The notes under the pieces are model-generated. The model had not been told where the DNA came from, ran no database searches, and saw only the letters and a list, made by a program, of their open reading frames with translations. From Octopus vulgaris (Eukaryota): a stretch of 64,000 nt of DNA. How positions within the stretch are numbered: position 1 is the stretch's first letter; each line of letters begins with the position of its first letter. A program made the position numbers and the translations under genes. Below, one piece after another: positions 36,301 to 51,700 of this stretch. The stretch covers positions 140,492,001-140,556,000 of the forward strand of contig OX597816.1 in NCBI GenBank assembly GCA_951406725.2, in the 5' to 3' direction.

Positions 36301-39300
36301 TCACCACAAGATGGAACCTAGAACTTTGGGTTTTTTTAACTTCATGAAAATAATTGAAAAGTGCAGATTACAGGCAAAATAGCAGAATTGGTCAGATAAA
36401 ATACATTACAGCAGTGTTCTACAAAGTGGGTTCTCTGAAAAATTTTTGGGATTCCATCAGATTTTTAATTTTTAATTTCTTTTACTAAATATGGTATTCA
36501 GCATTCTTAAAATTTTAAGGTATATGTTGTATTTTTTATATGAATAAATTCTCTCTCTAAAACAATTTTTATTTCATTTAATGCCTCGTTAACATGTGAG
36601 TGGTGGGGGGGGGGTTGTCTGTGAAATATACATGTGGGTTTCATAGTTTTGGGGAAACCATATAATTGGTTCCACACTAAAATAATAAGTTTGAAAAACT
36701 CACAGTTTTTTTATACTTAATCATATCCCTTTACATACTGAGTTCAAATCCTGTACTGGTCTGCTTTGCCTATCATACTTCTGAGAGTGATAAAATCTAT
36801 GCTAGACAATAAAATAAGTACTGCAGTTGATATAACCATCTATACTCTAGCTGACTGTGAGCCATGGTCAAATTGTTCGATGTCTAAAACCTGATAACTG
36901 TAACACTACAATAATTAAAATATTCCTGCTTTAGAGTTTTTTATGGAGAGGACACAAAGTTAAAATACCTATAAATGTTTTTAAAGTATTAGTAAAAATT
37001 TCTGAATGAAAAATTTTACTCACCAGGTGGCATTACATTTTTTGTTAGTCTTGAACCAGCAAGTGGTGCTATTGTATTACAGTGGATGTTATACTTCCTG
37101 CCTTCAATGGCTAAAGTATTACTTAAACCAAGTAATCCAAGCTTAGCTGAAATAATAATTAAAAAAATGATACAGTTCTCCCATTTTTATTTTATCCATT
37201 ATTGAAAGCAACTTTAAAACTAAAAATATGTATTTCCAGTTGTTTAACCCTAGGTCAGCTCTGGTAGTCAAACCAATTATCAAAGGCATTTTTGCTATGA
37301 CCATTCATGTTTTGTGGGGGGTTTTTTTTTCTCATTGAGTTTACATAACAATGGACATTTACCATATCTACTACATGTTTTCATAGAATGTGTCAAACAA
37401 CAATCATTCTGACCTACAACAGAGTGTGTCAGACTAAGCATGTCTCATTGAATATATCACATGGAGTTTGCGAAAACAAATATGTCACACACATATTATA
37501 CCATCTAGAGCCATGATGCCCCACTGGTGGGACATGGTAATATTTTGGTGGAGCATGGTAATATTTTGGTGAAGCATGTGTAGGGTTATGTTGAATTTAT
37601 ACCTTTTGTACACAATATTTAGTATGCCAATAGAGAAATTCAAGAATGAGTTATTAAAAAAAATTCTTTACATCCCTTCTGTGGACAATTTTATCAAATT
37701 TTGGACACTTTACAGACAACAGATCATTTTCTTCATATTCATAAGATCTGATGTCACTAAAGAGGGAATAGATTATTTCCTTTAATTTAATATGTGAAAA
37801 CATGTAGGTAATTACAAACACGTACGTGTGTGTGTGTGTGTGCTTGTGCATGCGTGTAAGTGTGTGTGTATGTGTAGATGTAGTATAGAACTGGTCAGTA
37901 CTGAAAGCAATGTCGGCTTAATTCCCTATGGAAAAATAAACTGGAGACAGACTTGTGTGTGCGGGTGTCTAAAAGTATTGACTCTTTTATCTCCGGTGAC
38001 AAAAATCTGGGTACACAAGAAAAATGTGGTGTTGCAGAGTGTTGATGGGGCAATAAATGGCATTGGGGATGAAGGATGAAAAAATTGAATGGTGTGGAAT
38101 GAGTTGAAATGGAGTGGAAGTAAGGGGTAGCATTAATGAAGGAAGAGAAAGAGGCAGAGAGAGAGAGAAAGAGAGAGATAGACAGACAGATAGATAGATA
38201 GAGAGAGGGGGGGGAGATTTATGGTACTGGTTATGCACACATACACACACGTATATATGAACAGAGATGAAAATTAACAGGTCATTTTATTCCCACCAGT
38301 CAGTTTGTGAATTCAGCAAAAAGGTAAGAAAAATCTTCCATTATTGATACAAAGGCTTTCGCAGCTGAGAAGATTCACAGAATATTTTTTTTTGTTTCTT
38401 TTTGAGCATATTTTCCAAAAGTTTATACTGAAATCTTTTTGAAGAAATGGTTGAAAAAATTTGCTTGAACTGAAATCTCTTCATGTTTGATTCAAAAACA
38501 GATAAAATGAGTAATGCAAGTAAAAAAAGTTCATCAATATTCAGAGGAATATTTATGGGTGAAAAACTCTAATCTATTGAATTTTCTGAATTCTCCTCCC
38601 TTGGAAAAGATTTTCCCACAAATTTCTTTATAGTCGTAATCTATGCCACTTGAAAGGTATTTATATAAATGATAGAAAAATGCATGAGGAATTCTGAATC
38701 ATTAGTCGCATTGAACAAAAATTAGTAGAAAAAGAGTTATGAAGTAAAATGTCATGTAATGTGGAGGAAGTGAGGGAGCGATGCCCCAAGCAATAAGAAT
38801 ATATTTCTAAAGTGAATGTTTACATCCTGAGGTGGCAAGCTGGCAAAAACGTTAGCACACCGGGCGTCTGTCTTTACATTCTGAGTTCAAATTCCACCAA
38901 GGTTGACTTAGCTTTTTATCCATTCCAGATCTATTCAATTTGTCGTACAGATTATTTAATTAATTTTTTTTAACTAAGTACTTTGAAACTTCAGATACTG
39001 GGACCCTACCCTAATCCCAGAATCATTAGAAATTTTTTTTTCATTGAATGAATTCCTGTGACCTCATAATATTGGAAAATTAGGTTACTTAAGGTGAGCC
39101 TGATAACTGATAGTATTGGGGTCTTGTTGTTTGTAACTTTTGGTGAGTCATGGTGCAACCAACAACATGATAAAAATTCCTGCTGTTAATTTGGTGTGGA
39201 TGGGTAATATCAAATAATTCAATCACAACATATATTTAAATTAAACATGAAAAAATTGAAATATTATCATCACTTACATGGAAAAATTGAAATATTATCT

Positions 39301-42300
39301 TTCAGTATTTTATAAGATAAAATCTTGAATTATCAATTGACACATTATTAATTATCTTATAACAGCAATGCCTGAAAAAATCATGTATTACATGGAAAAA
39401 TGCGAGCATGAAAAGTAATATTCTTCAGATTATAAACCTGGAAAAGTACAGGACAAGTTTTTACACCAGTAAAAGTATAGGACAAGCTATTACTTCTAGT
39501 AAAGTAAAGAATAAAACTTTTACTTAAAATATTGCAACTAAAATTAAAATTTGAATATTAAAACTTATTTTATTATAATTTACAAATCACACTATACTTA
39601 ATTAAGTAGAATTTGGCTAATTTACTACCTTAAATACAGAAAAAAGTGAATAATTAGACAAACTTACAAATTAGTTGAACAGTTTTGTACAATAAATTTA
39701 AAAGATGTGAACTGTAAAGAGTGATAAATTAAAAGAACTGGTATTCTTTGCGGCAATATTTTAAGTAAAAAGTTTCTAATTCTTTACTTTACTTGAAGCA
39801 ATAGTTTGTCCTATACTTTTACAGGTGTAATAACTTGTCCTGTACTTTTCCAGATTTATAATCTTAAGAATATTACTTTTCATGCTAGCATTTTTCCATG
39901 TAATATATGTATGTACCTCCCATATCTCTTTTCCAGTTTTCAAAGTTGGCACTGTAAATGTAGGCACATTGGAAGGTAGGTTTTGCAAAATTGTAGAGAT
40001 GCTTGAATGGAGGCATGTTGATGTATGCTGTATACAAGAGTAGAGAGGAGCTTCATCCAGGGTCCTCACAGGCAAAGCACATAGGTATAAACTCTTCTGC
40101 GAAGGTAACAGTGACAGAGTAGAGAGTGTAGGTATACTTCTTGAAATGAAATAGGTGGATAAGGTCGTAGAGGTAGTGAGGGTGTGGGATAGAGTACTTA
40201 AACTCAGGATAGTCTTGCAGAATAGTATACCTACAATTATCTCTTGGAGATGCCATTATGAAAGACTGCTTGAGGTGAAGAAAGAATGGGAGGAGGTGGA
40301 GAGTCTGCCACTTCCTAAGGCTGGCCCTGTCTAGAAACTATACTTTTCTCCATTATTTGGATGGTGATATGCATTAAGGGATACAGACATAACCCCACTA
40401 GAAATGGTCTATTACGGTTGTGGTGTCCAGACAATTTCAAAAACCATCAGCAAATAATTTTTAAAAATTAACTATTTCTATATCCCTCTCTCTCTCTATC
40501 TATCTATCTTTTTGTCTGTCTATTTTTTTCCAGTTGACTTTTCCTCTCAACTGCTAGTAGTAATGTTGCTTCTAAGGTAGTAGTGGGAGTGGTGTGACAA
40601 CATGCATTTAATCCCAGCTTTTGAGAATTAGTGATGTTCTCAAAGAACTCCATCAGAATTGTATCAAAGGACCCGAACAGATAAAGAAATCATTCAACTT
40701 TAGATCAGTAGAAGGAAGGACATACAACAAAGCATAAAAATAAATTTTAAAAAACACTTGCTTTAACAATATGTAAATATCTGAATTTGCATAACCATCC
40801 CACCCAAGCTGGTCTGAAAAAATGGTGGAAAATTTAAAAAAAAAAAAAAAGATGATAGGACAAAAAAGCTGAGGTCTAAATGAAAGTATTTTTCTTGATT
40901 ACCTGCACCATAATTTGTTTGACCAAAGTTCCCATATAAACCAGCAGCAGAAGATGTCATAATAATTCTGGATGTAAATTAAAAAAAAAAAAAAAAAAGC
41001 AAAAATTTACTTTTGAAGTAAATGAACTATAACAAAAACAACAACATATACACACACATAAATACATGCAATATTATTTTTATATCTGCTTTTCAATGCT
41101 GGCAAGGGTTGGATGAGAGATTTTGCAGCAGCAATCAGATATTTTTCCTGATGCCAATCTTTTTAGTTACTCCTTACAACATACGACATAAACAACAAAA
41201 CAACTTTGACAATAACAATCATTTCAACACAGGCACATAACCAAAAATTTGAGGGAAGATGCTAGTCAGGATTGAAAGTACACTGCCAACATTACATTAT
41301 CATACAACAGAAAATATTCTAGAATTAAAAAAAAAAAAGAATGAAAAATAACACGAAATTTAGTTACCTGCCGTACTTCTGTTTAACCATGTGTGGCCAA
41401 GCAGCATGGGTCACTAGATAGGACCCCCTAAGATGAATTCTGTGAATAATATCTGCAACAGTAAAGGGAAATGGTAATTCTTCTCTTGTTTGGTCCTACA
41501 CATAAACAACTAGCATCTAATAGCAATTATGGTGGTGGTGGTGACAATGTCGGTGAAGATGATAAGAAGAAGAAAGATGAGAAGAATTATGAGACAGACT
41601 TATGGTGATAGTGATAATACTATTGATGCTGGTGTCAGTGATGATGATGATGATGAGAATGATAACAAAAACCAGACTCAACTTACCCCAGTCTTCATCG
41701 GTGAGTTTGGTAAAAGAACGGTCCCGTAAAATTCCAGCATTATTCACCAATATATCTAACAAAAGAGAAGAGAATTGATCTGTTACAGCTGACATACACC
41801 ATGATGATGGTAGCAGAACTGTGGTATTGTTGAATGTGATGTGGTGGGGTTGTACGGAGATATTAGTGATAGAGTTAATGTTGACATGCAGATGGCTAAA
41901 TAGTTAGATTCTTACTGACAGTAGTGTTTAGATCAAAGTGGTTCAAGCCACTCCAACCTGTTGTTTTTGTGATATAAGTACCAATTGAGTACCAGACTTG
42001 ATTTAATCAACTGTTTCCTCCCCTAAAATGTGCAATCTTGTGTCCATGTTACAAATCATTAGTATTATTGTTATTGTTGTTGTTCTTCTTCTTACTGTCA
42101 CATTGTTGATGAGTGAATCTTTGTATTTGCTTGTGCTACATTCATAGAATATCATCCGTTAATTTCCTTTAAAGATATTTTGCATAAACTGCAATTAGGC
42201 TTCATTAATATTATTATTATCATTATTATTATTATTATTAATATTATCATCATCATCATTATTATTATTATGAGAGAGCACGTGACCTAGTGGTTAGGGT

Positions 42301-45300
42301 GTTGCACTCAGTCGCAAGATTGTGATTTCAATTCCTCGACTGGGTGGTGCAATGTGTTCTTGAGCAAACACTTCATCTCATGTTACTCTGTGATCACTTG
42401 ACACTTGATGCTTGGTAAACCATGCACCTATTTGGACAACATCAATTTGATGGTGAATGTGAGCTAATGTACAGCACATACATTTGATCATTGTAAACAA
42501 ATCATCTGTGCAGGTCATTCAGTGAAAGCTGAACATAAAAGCTGAACACTTATACGTCATCTCTGATGGGAGAGTCCATCATTATGATGACGATGATGAT
42601 TATCATTATTTCTGCAATAATAATAATACTGATTTCTTCATTAACCACTAAGGGTTTGCTAACAAATCAATAAAAATGGTATGATACAATACGCTATGAT
42701 ATGATGTGGGATTACATGAAAGCATGTAAACAGTAAAAATAACAAAAACAAAGAAACAAAAAATTCAAATGAGAAAATTCCCCAGAAGAGGGGAGACTTC
42801 CAAAGGCTGCTCAGATAAAAATCCCATAAAACTACTAGGGCAAGTGCCTTCCCACCATCCTCTTCCCTTGATCTACAGGCACATGTTCAGAGCAGGCCTG
42901 TTCACTCAGCCCATTCATGCCACTCACACCCAACTTTCAAAAACTTTAATGGAAGTAAGGTAGGTCAGCTTATACATTAAGATGACTATGGAGAACCTAA
43001 AGTACCATGTGATATGCAGAAGGGTTTGGAAAGATAGTAACAATGTCTGAATGTTTACACTATATATAACGTCAGCTTGTATGCCAGAAAATACGGTACT
43101 TAATAGCATCAACAACTTTAGCAACAACAATATATAATTTTTTTCTCTATTTGAGATTAAAAAAATAACTTACCTATTTTGCCAAAAGCATTCAGAGCGG
43201 TTTCAACTATTTTTGCTCCTTCTTCAACAGAATCTAATTAAATGAAGGTAAAATGAAATAGAACAAGATATTAATCATCTAGTGACAACAAAGATATAAA
43301 GATGAATGTCAGAGAGGTAACTGCTTAAATAGATTAACTGAACACCAGTCAGATATTATATAAACAAAAACTGTCATTAGAACAATATCACAATATTCAA
43401 TCAATTTTGTAAAATTCAGCAGAATTAAACAGAAATAAAACTTCTAAATAAAATGCAAATTTATCATTCCTAGAATATCTCCTTCATATTTTCCACATCA
43501 AAGTAAAATGACAAAATGTAAAATGGTATTGTTGGGAATCTACGGAAATGTCTTCAGCTACTGAAGCCTCAAGTAAAGCATGCTCAATTTAAATCTGGAA
43601 GAACAGAAACTTGACACCTATATTCCAACTGTTCTGACTTGGTCTACAGAATTCATAAATTTTCTGTCCAAATGATTTTGAAGACTGCAGAATAAATGAT
43701 AAACAGATGGGACAATTTCCAGCAAATATGGTGGGTGGGGCATTGTTTCCCATTCAAACTGCTCCAGCCTTTGGAATGTCATCCTTACTGTATGTGGCCG
43801 AGCATTATCCTCATGGCAGAACACTTTCCATCTTGAAACCAAAGATGGTCATTTTTCTTCTGGTGCAGGTGTCAATGAATGGTTGGATAACCAAATCTAA
43901 GCTTCTCTGCTAGTTCCTCAAAAGTTACAATGGGATTTTGTTCCACTAGGGTTTGCAGGATGTCTTTGTCAAGCTCTAGAGATCTTCCAGGATGAAGCTC
44001 ATCTTCTAGGCTGTAGTTTCCAGCTCAGAATTGGCTTATGCTTATTGTCCGATCCTCATATACAGCATTAATATTCCTCATACTTTCTGTTGTGTCGTTG
44101 CCTTTATTGAACTCATAAAGCAAAATATGCTGCTTATGTTCCTTTGTCATTTCCATTATCGCTTCGAAAAAATAACTGTTAAAATCAAGCTGCACTGTAA
44201 AATTATGATGTGCTGTTATAGCAAGTTGATGCAGGTAGTTTATCCCATCCCTCTCCAACTTTTAGTTCATGCAATTGAAAAAACCGCATTATTTATGGGA
44301 TGACCCAATGTATATATGTTTATATATCTATGTGTGTTTGTCTTTATTTGTCCCCTCCACCACTGCTTGACAGCTGATGCTAGTGTGTTCACATCCTCAT
44401 CACGTAGAGGTTCGGTAAAAGAGACTGATACAATAACTACCAGGCTTAAAAAAAAGAATAAGTACTGGTGTCAATTCGTTCGGCTAAAAATTCAAGGCGA
44501 TGCTCCAACATGGCCACTTTTAATACTGTAGAGACTAAAGATTAGCAGCAGATGAATATAAGGAAATAATGTTTCACTGTTTTTTTTTCAAGTGTTGAAT
44601 AAAAGTAATACTTCAAAATTCTCCACACAACTTTCTAATTTATGATACACATGGACACAGTCTAATGACAGAAACAAGTAAAAAGATTTTTAAAAAAAAG
44701 ATATAACATGGCATACCTATAAAAACTTGGAAGCTAACATATAAACATAACATATTAGTCTAAGTATTGAAAAATGTTTCTTTAGATGAAATTTTTATTG
44801 AGAAATTGTTTATAAAGAATATCTACAGCTATAGATGTAGAATTTGGAGATATAGTATCTAGTATCACATAATCCTATATATTTGAACCACTTCTTTTAT
44901 TGCTTTACATCTATGTTTGCATGCATGAAATGGCTTACTAGTTGAAACGGTTGTTTTCATAGCTAGATGTCCTTCTTATTGTTAACCACTCAAATGTGAT
45001 GCAAAGATGTGGAAGCTTGTTATAGATTAATCAATTTATTTATTTATTTATTCATGATTAGGGTCAACCAGGTAAACTGGAACAACAAGATTTAGGTGGT
45101 ACTTTGCTGAGAAGCACACACACATTAACAATAGTAAGATTCAAACTTACAACCATTTTTAACTGGAAATATTATTTATAAATCTTACGGTAATCGGCAA
45201 CTGCCTTTCCTCCACTTTTTTGAATTTCTCTGACAACTTCATCGGCTGCTTGCAAACTTTTACCAACACCTTCTACACTGCCACCTAAATCATTAACTTA

Positions 45301-45675
45301 AAAGAAAAAGAAAATATTTCTATAAAAGTCATGGAACATACATATATATATAATAATATTCACACACAGATAGATGAATATCTTCACCATTGTTTTAAGA
45401 TACACTTTTCAGTGCTTGCATGGATCAGAAGGAGTATATTAAGGTGGATTTTCTGTGGTCAGGTGCACTTCTTATCACTAACCTGATCCTGTTTCCAAGA
45501 AAGGTAATATTTTTCCATGGCCAGACTTGTTTTTGCAAAATATTGGAAATGAATGGTACTGCTTGTATGACAATAACAATAATTTTACAACTATCATGCA
45601 ATGTCATTACAAGGAGATGCAAACATATACACACACATCATGCTAGCGTGGAAGGGGGACGTTAAACAATGATGA

Positions 45676-45723
<48 letters not shown>

Positions 45724-48700
45724 ATATATATATACACGCACACATACATATATACACACACATATGCCTGTGTGAGTGAAGGCTAGCAGGTTGCAACTTT
45801 GAAGTCACTGTCACCACTCTTCTTGTAAAATATAATACATCTCTAAAGTTGAATTTGTTTCAGGTTTCTGCAATGTGAGACTATTTATCATTCATTTTTA
45901 TTTTGTTACTTGACAAAATCTGATTCTAAACCAATAACCAACTCTTAAAATAAAAAGGCAAAAGTATCTCTCAAGAGCAGTGGTTCTCAAGTGGGGTCCA
46001 TATAAGATTTTTGGGGGTGCACTCAACAAAATAGTAATTTGGGAATCCACAATAGTATTTTAAGGGTCCCTGAAAAAATTTTGCTTTAGATGTATGTATT
46101 GGTATGCATTGCAAGAAACAGCTTGGCTTCTTTCTCTAATATTTTACATAGTTCAATGTACACAAGTTAATGTGTGAAAAACAAAATAGGAAATTAGAAA
46201 GAAGTATCTCTAAAACTACTTTTTAAACATTGAATGGCTATGGGAAGTCCACCAGAATAAAATAGTAATCAAAGGGGTCCACAGGCAAAAAATTATTGAG
46301 AACCACTGATCTAGAGTTTCACATTCCTCTTTCATAGACATCTTTTCATTCTACTTCCATCTTTCCCTTTCACTCTTTCTTCCTCCTCTCCTCATCACAG
46401 GTATAATCACTCTTAACAATACATCATTTACAGTATACTAACATACAATTAAACTAGCATACCTAACAATGTCTTTTTCCTTCCTTCTTTCTATCTTTAT
46501 TCCATTCTTTATCTTTCTATTTCTGATTTTCCCCTTTTGCTCAGTTATACATTTGTTTATGCATGTCTCACAATTTCCCTTCTCTTTTCTCTATCCCTTT
46601 CTGTTCTGTTCACTTTTTAGTTTCTCACTTCAATCACTGTACTTTTACTGTCTTTAGCTACCATTTTTCTTTCTTAATTAACTATTATTTTTATATGTTT
46701 ATATGAATATTAGAATACTAGTTTTTATAAGCCCACAGTATTACAAAATTTTGGTAACTGTTTCAACCTGAAAGTTTTTTAAAACAATGAAGTCAATATA
46801 TTGTTTTGAATAAGAGGCAATTAAGTACGGTAAAGTTATTTTCTTGAGTCATGCTGACTCACAAAGACCAACTCACAAGGACTAGAGCAATTCACAAGGA
46901 CTGGAGCAATATGAAATTAAGTGTTTTGCTGAAGAACACAATGCATCACCCTGTCCAGGAATTGAAACCACAACCTTATGATCATGAGTCCAATACCTTA
47001 ACCACTGAGCCACATACCTCCACATTTCAGTATGAGCATGATATATACATGTGTTTATATGTGAGCATGCACACACATATGCATATAAGTATGCATACAG
47101 ACACACTGTCGTCTGAGAGAGATGGGTGAGAAAGATTGTAAAAGAGAGAGAGCTTGAACTAGAGAAAGCTTTTTATAAGAGAGAGAGAATTCTTAGAGAA
47201 AGCCTGAAAGAAAAAGGGAAACCAGAGAGTTGAACATTAATGACTGACAACCAGCTTTAGAAAGTTTCTATACCTCCTACTAACACTTCTACTCATGACA
47301 ACTGTTATATGTCATCTTTCTCTTTTTACCATTACATAAAAACTTTTTAGCATTTCTCCATATTTTTTTTGACTCCTCTTGATTTTATCCCAACAGGACC
47401 TCAAATCCATATTTTTTTGTTCATAGATTATTCTTGGTTAGATCTGTATTTCCATGCCAAAATTCATTGAAGTTTCATTGAGAAATGCTAATGTTTCTTC
47501 AAGACAAACAAACTTCATGCTTATTATACAGTCTTTTATTATTTTACTACTTTCTTTAAGGTGGTGAGCTGGCAGAATTGTTAGGACACTGGGCAAAACG
47601 CTTAGCAGCATTTTGTCTGTCCTTACATTTTGGTTTCAAATTCCACTGAGGTTGACTTTACCATTCATGCTTTCAAGTATCAGTTCAGCACTGGGGGTTG
47701 ATGTAATCGATTCATTCAACACCCCCACCCCACACCCCGAACGTGCTGGCCTTGTGCCAAAATTTGAAATCATTATTTTACTACTTTCTATCATTGAACT
47801 GTGACAATGTATCAGCACCACTATGTAGGCAGATATAATCCACTGCATCTGCCATAGTACTTATTTTATTAACTGGTTCTTACTTTATTGACATTTTATT
47901 GAAAAAAAAACAATGGAAGTCACAGTAAACCACAAAGGCATAACTCAGAATGTAAAGAAACATAGTCAAATACCATAGTGTAATTTGTACAACACTCTAG
48001 ATTGATTCTGCCATCCACCAGCAGTGAACTTATGGCATACATAACAATTTCAATACCTATTTCTCATCTCAAAAGAGATATGACAGGTATTGAAGCAGTT
48101 TACATAAGCTATAAGGAAATACTTCTTAACTAAATATTTACTCAATATTTACAATATATGTTAAATCATTTTTTTATGACTTGGTCTTATAGATTATTTT
48201 TCTACATGAATTACACAGTAAGTATGTATGCATACACACACACACAAAGGTACTCAAAGGTGTGTGATCAGTGTAGGGTACTATCTATGTTTGTCATATG
48301 TAGAGTAAACAGAAAAAATACATTTCATTGGTAACAACAAGAAACATTTAACATACTGATGATGTCAAGATTTATTGGAAACAGCTTTTCTTTTTATAAG
48401 ACATACACATATGATCACACATGCATAAATGCAATGTGTTCAATACAAGCAATACAGAAAATAAATATTTGCAGGAAGTGTGAAAAGAGTACTCAGTAAA
48501 ATAAAACTATTATACAGTTCCAATGGTGATAAAGATTTTAATAATTGTTTCAAACTGCAACAGATGCTATTGACAGACAGCAGAAAGCAGTGAAGTAAAT
48601 ATACAAGGCACCCAGAGCATTTCATCATCATCATCATCGTTTAACGTCCACTTTCCATGCTAGCATGTGTTGGACGACTTGACTGAGGGCTGGCGAACCA

Positions 48701-51700
48701 GATGGCTGCACCAGGCTCCAATCTTGATCTGGCAGAGTTTCTACAGCTGGATGCCCTTCCTAGCGCCAACCACTCCGAGAGTGTAGTGGGTGCTTTTACG
48801 TGCCACCGGTACGGGGGCCAGTCAGGCGGTACTGGCAACGACCTCGCTTGAATCTTTATACACATGCCACCAGCACAGGTGCCAGTAAGGCGACGCTGGT
48901 AATGATCACGCTCGAATGATGCCTTTTATGTGCCACCAGCATGGAAGCCAGTTAGCCGCTCTGGCAACAATCATGCTCAGATGGTGCTCTTAGCACCCTA
49001 CTAGCACAGGGCACAAGTGCCAGTAAGACGAAGCTGGTAACGATCACACTCGAATGGTGCCTTTTATGTGCCACTTGCACAGAAGCTGGTTAGCTGCTCT
49101 GTCAACGATCACACTCGTATGGTGCTCTTTGCACCCCACTAGCACGAATGCCAGTCATTGAATTTGATTTCAATTTCACTTGCCTCAACAGGTCTTAGCA
49201 AGCAGAGTTTAGTGTCCAAAGAAGGAAAAGGTACGCATAAGTGGGCTGGTTACGCCCTTGGCATAGGCCACGAGGTTATGGTCTCATTTGGCTTGCTGGG
49301 TCTTCTCAAGCACAGCATATTTTGAAAAGTCTCGGTCACTAGTCATTTTCTTGGTGAGGCCTAAAGTTCAAAGGTCATTCTTGACCATTTCATCCCAGGT
49401 CTTCCTGGGTCTACCTCTTCCACAGGTTCCCTCAACCGCTAGGGTGTGGCACTTTTGCACACAGCTATCCTCATCCATTCTTGCCACATGATCATACCAG
49501 CACAGTCGTCTCTCTTGCACACCACATCTGATGCTTCTTAGGTCCAACTTTTCTCTCAAGGTACTTACACTCTGTCGAGTATGAACACTGACATTACACA
49601 TCCATCAGATCATACTGGCTTCATTCCTTGCGAGCTTACGCATGTCCTCAGCAGTCACAGCCCATGTTTCACTGCCATGTAGCATGGCTGTTCGTACACA
49701 TGTGTCATACAGTCTACCTTTTACTCTGGGCAAGAGGCCCTTTGTCACCAGCAGAGGTAAGAGCTCTCTGAACTTTGCCCAAGCTATTCTTATTCTAGCA
49801 GCTACACTTTCAGTGCACCCTTCCCCACTACTGACTTGGTCACCTAGGTAATGGAAGCTATCAACTACTTCTAGTTTTTCTCCCTGGAATGTAGCGGAAG
49901 TTGTTCTCTGCACATTTTCAGTGTTTATTGCTCCCGAGCATCTGCCACATACAAAAACTATCTTCCCAGTTAGCCTTCCGTTGATATTACTGCAACTTTT
50001 ATGTGTCCATAGCTTACACTGGGTACATCTTATAGAGTTTCTACCTATACCTCTACAACAGATCGAGTAGGGCCATCTACCTGAAGGGATTTGTGGTTTG
50101 CCTGCCCTCCTACTTATTAGGACTTTGCTTTTAGCTAGGTTGACTCTAAGGCCCTTCGATTCTAATCCTTGTTTCCACACTTGAAACTTCTCTAGTTCTG
50201 ATAGTGACTCAGCAATTAGAGCAAGGTCATCAGCATAGAGGAGCTCCCAGGGGCATCCTGTCTTGAATTCCTCCGTTATTGGCTGGAGGACTATGATAAA
50301 TAGGAGGGGGCTGAGGACTGAACCTTGGTGGACCCCTACCGCTACCCTGAATTCTTCAGTGTACTCGTTGCCAACCCTCACCTTACTGACAGTGTCCCTG
50401 TACATGGCTTGCACGGCTCTCACTAACCATTCATCTATCCCTAGTTTCCTCATTGACCACCAGATAAGAGATTAGGGGACCCTGTCGAAGGCTTTCTCCA
50501 TGTCAACGAAAGCCAGGTACAGGGGCTTATCTTTGGCTAGGTATTCTCCTGCAGCTGTCTTACTAGAAATATAGCATCAGTGGTGCTTTTCCCTGGCATG
50601 AAACCAAACTACATCTCATCCAAACTGACTCTCTCCCTAATTAGTTGGGCTATGACCCTCTCCATGACCTTCATTACCTGATCCAACAGCTCGATACCTT
50701 TGTAATTATTTGTATCTAGAGCATCACCTTTACCTTTGTAGCAATCGACTATTATGCTGCTACACCAGTCATTGGGTATGACTCCTTCATGTATCACCTG
50801 GTTAACTATACAGGTGACTAGACTATAGCTGACACTGCCCTGATATTTTGAGCATCTCTGCAGTAATTCTTGATGTGCCAGGGGCTTTCCCTGTCTTCAT
50901 ACTTTTAATTGCTTTATCTACCAAGGTACTGTCAACTCGGATAGATGGTCCACTCGGAAATTTTATCAGAACACAAATGGAAGATGATCTAACATAGCTA
51001 TGTGACACAAACCAAATTTTAACTTCTTGAATTCAACATCATCATCATTTAACATTGTATTCTATGCTGGTATGGTTGGATGATTCAACAGGACCCACCT
51101 AGCCTGAGGGCTACATTGGTCTCCATTGTCTGCTTTGATATAATTTCTATAACTGGATGTCCTTCCTAATGTCAACCTCTTCACAGAGCATATTGGGTAC
51201 TTTTTTTCATGGTACCAGTACCAGTGAGATCACAAAGTAATCAAGTAACTCACAAGACAAGACACCTCATCAGACTGAAGATGCAGTATTGAGTGAGATG
51301 GCTACATGCCTGGTGTTGGGAGACCAAAATAGGTCATAGGGACAGAAACAAGTGTCCTTCAAATATATCAACAGCATCAACATGACAGACTCCAATCTCA
51401 TAGAACACTCTATAGAGAAAAGAAGACTACTGCTCAAACAGTATTGGAACAGCCTACAAATACAGCTTGTTTAGCAGAGACTGCCATTCACACAGCAGAC
51501 TGTTCAACCATAGACAATTCTGTTCCAGTAGGGCAGATAACACTAAACCATCATCTGTGGTCATTAATTATAGATAGGGGCTAACAGGCTGTTGTAGACT
51601 CAGGTCAGGACTAACCCAAGAGATCTATGATTGAAAATATCTCATCCATGACCATCACATTTCGTTTTCCAGAAATTGTATAAAGATCACATTATCCAAT

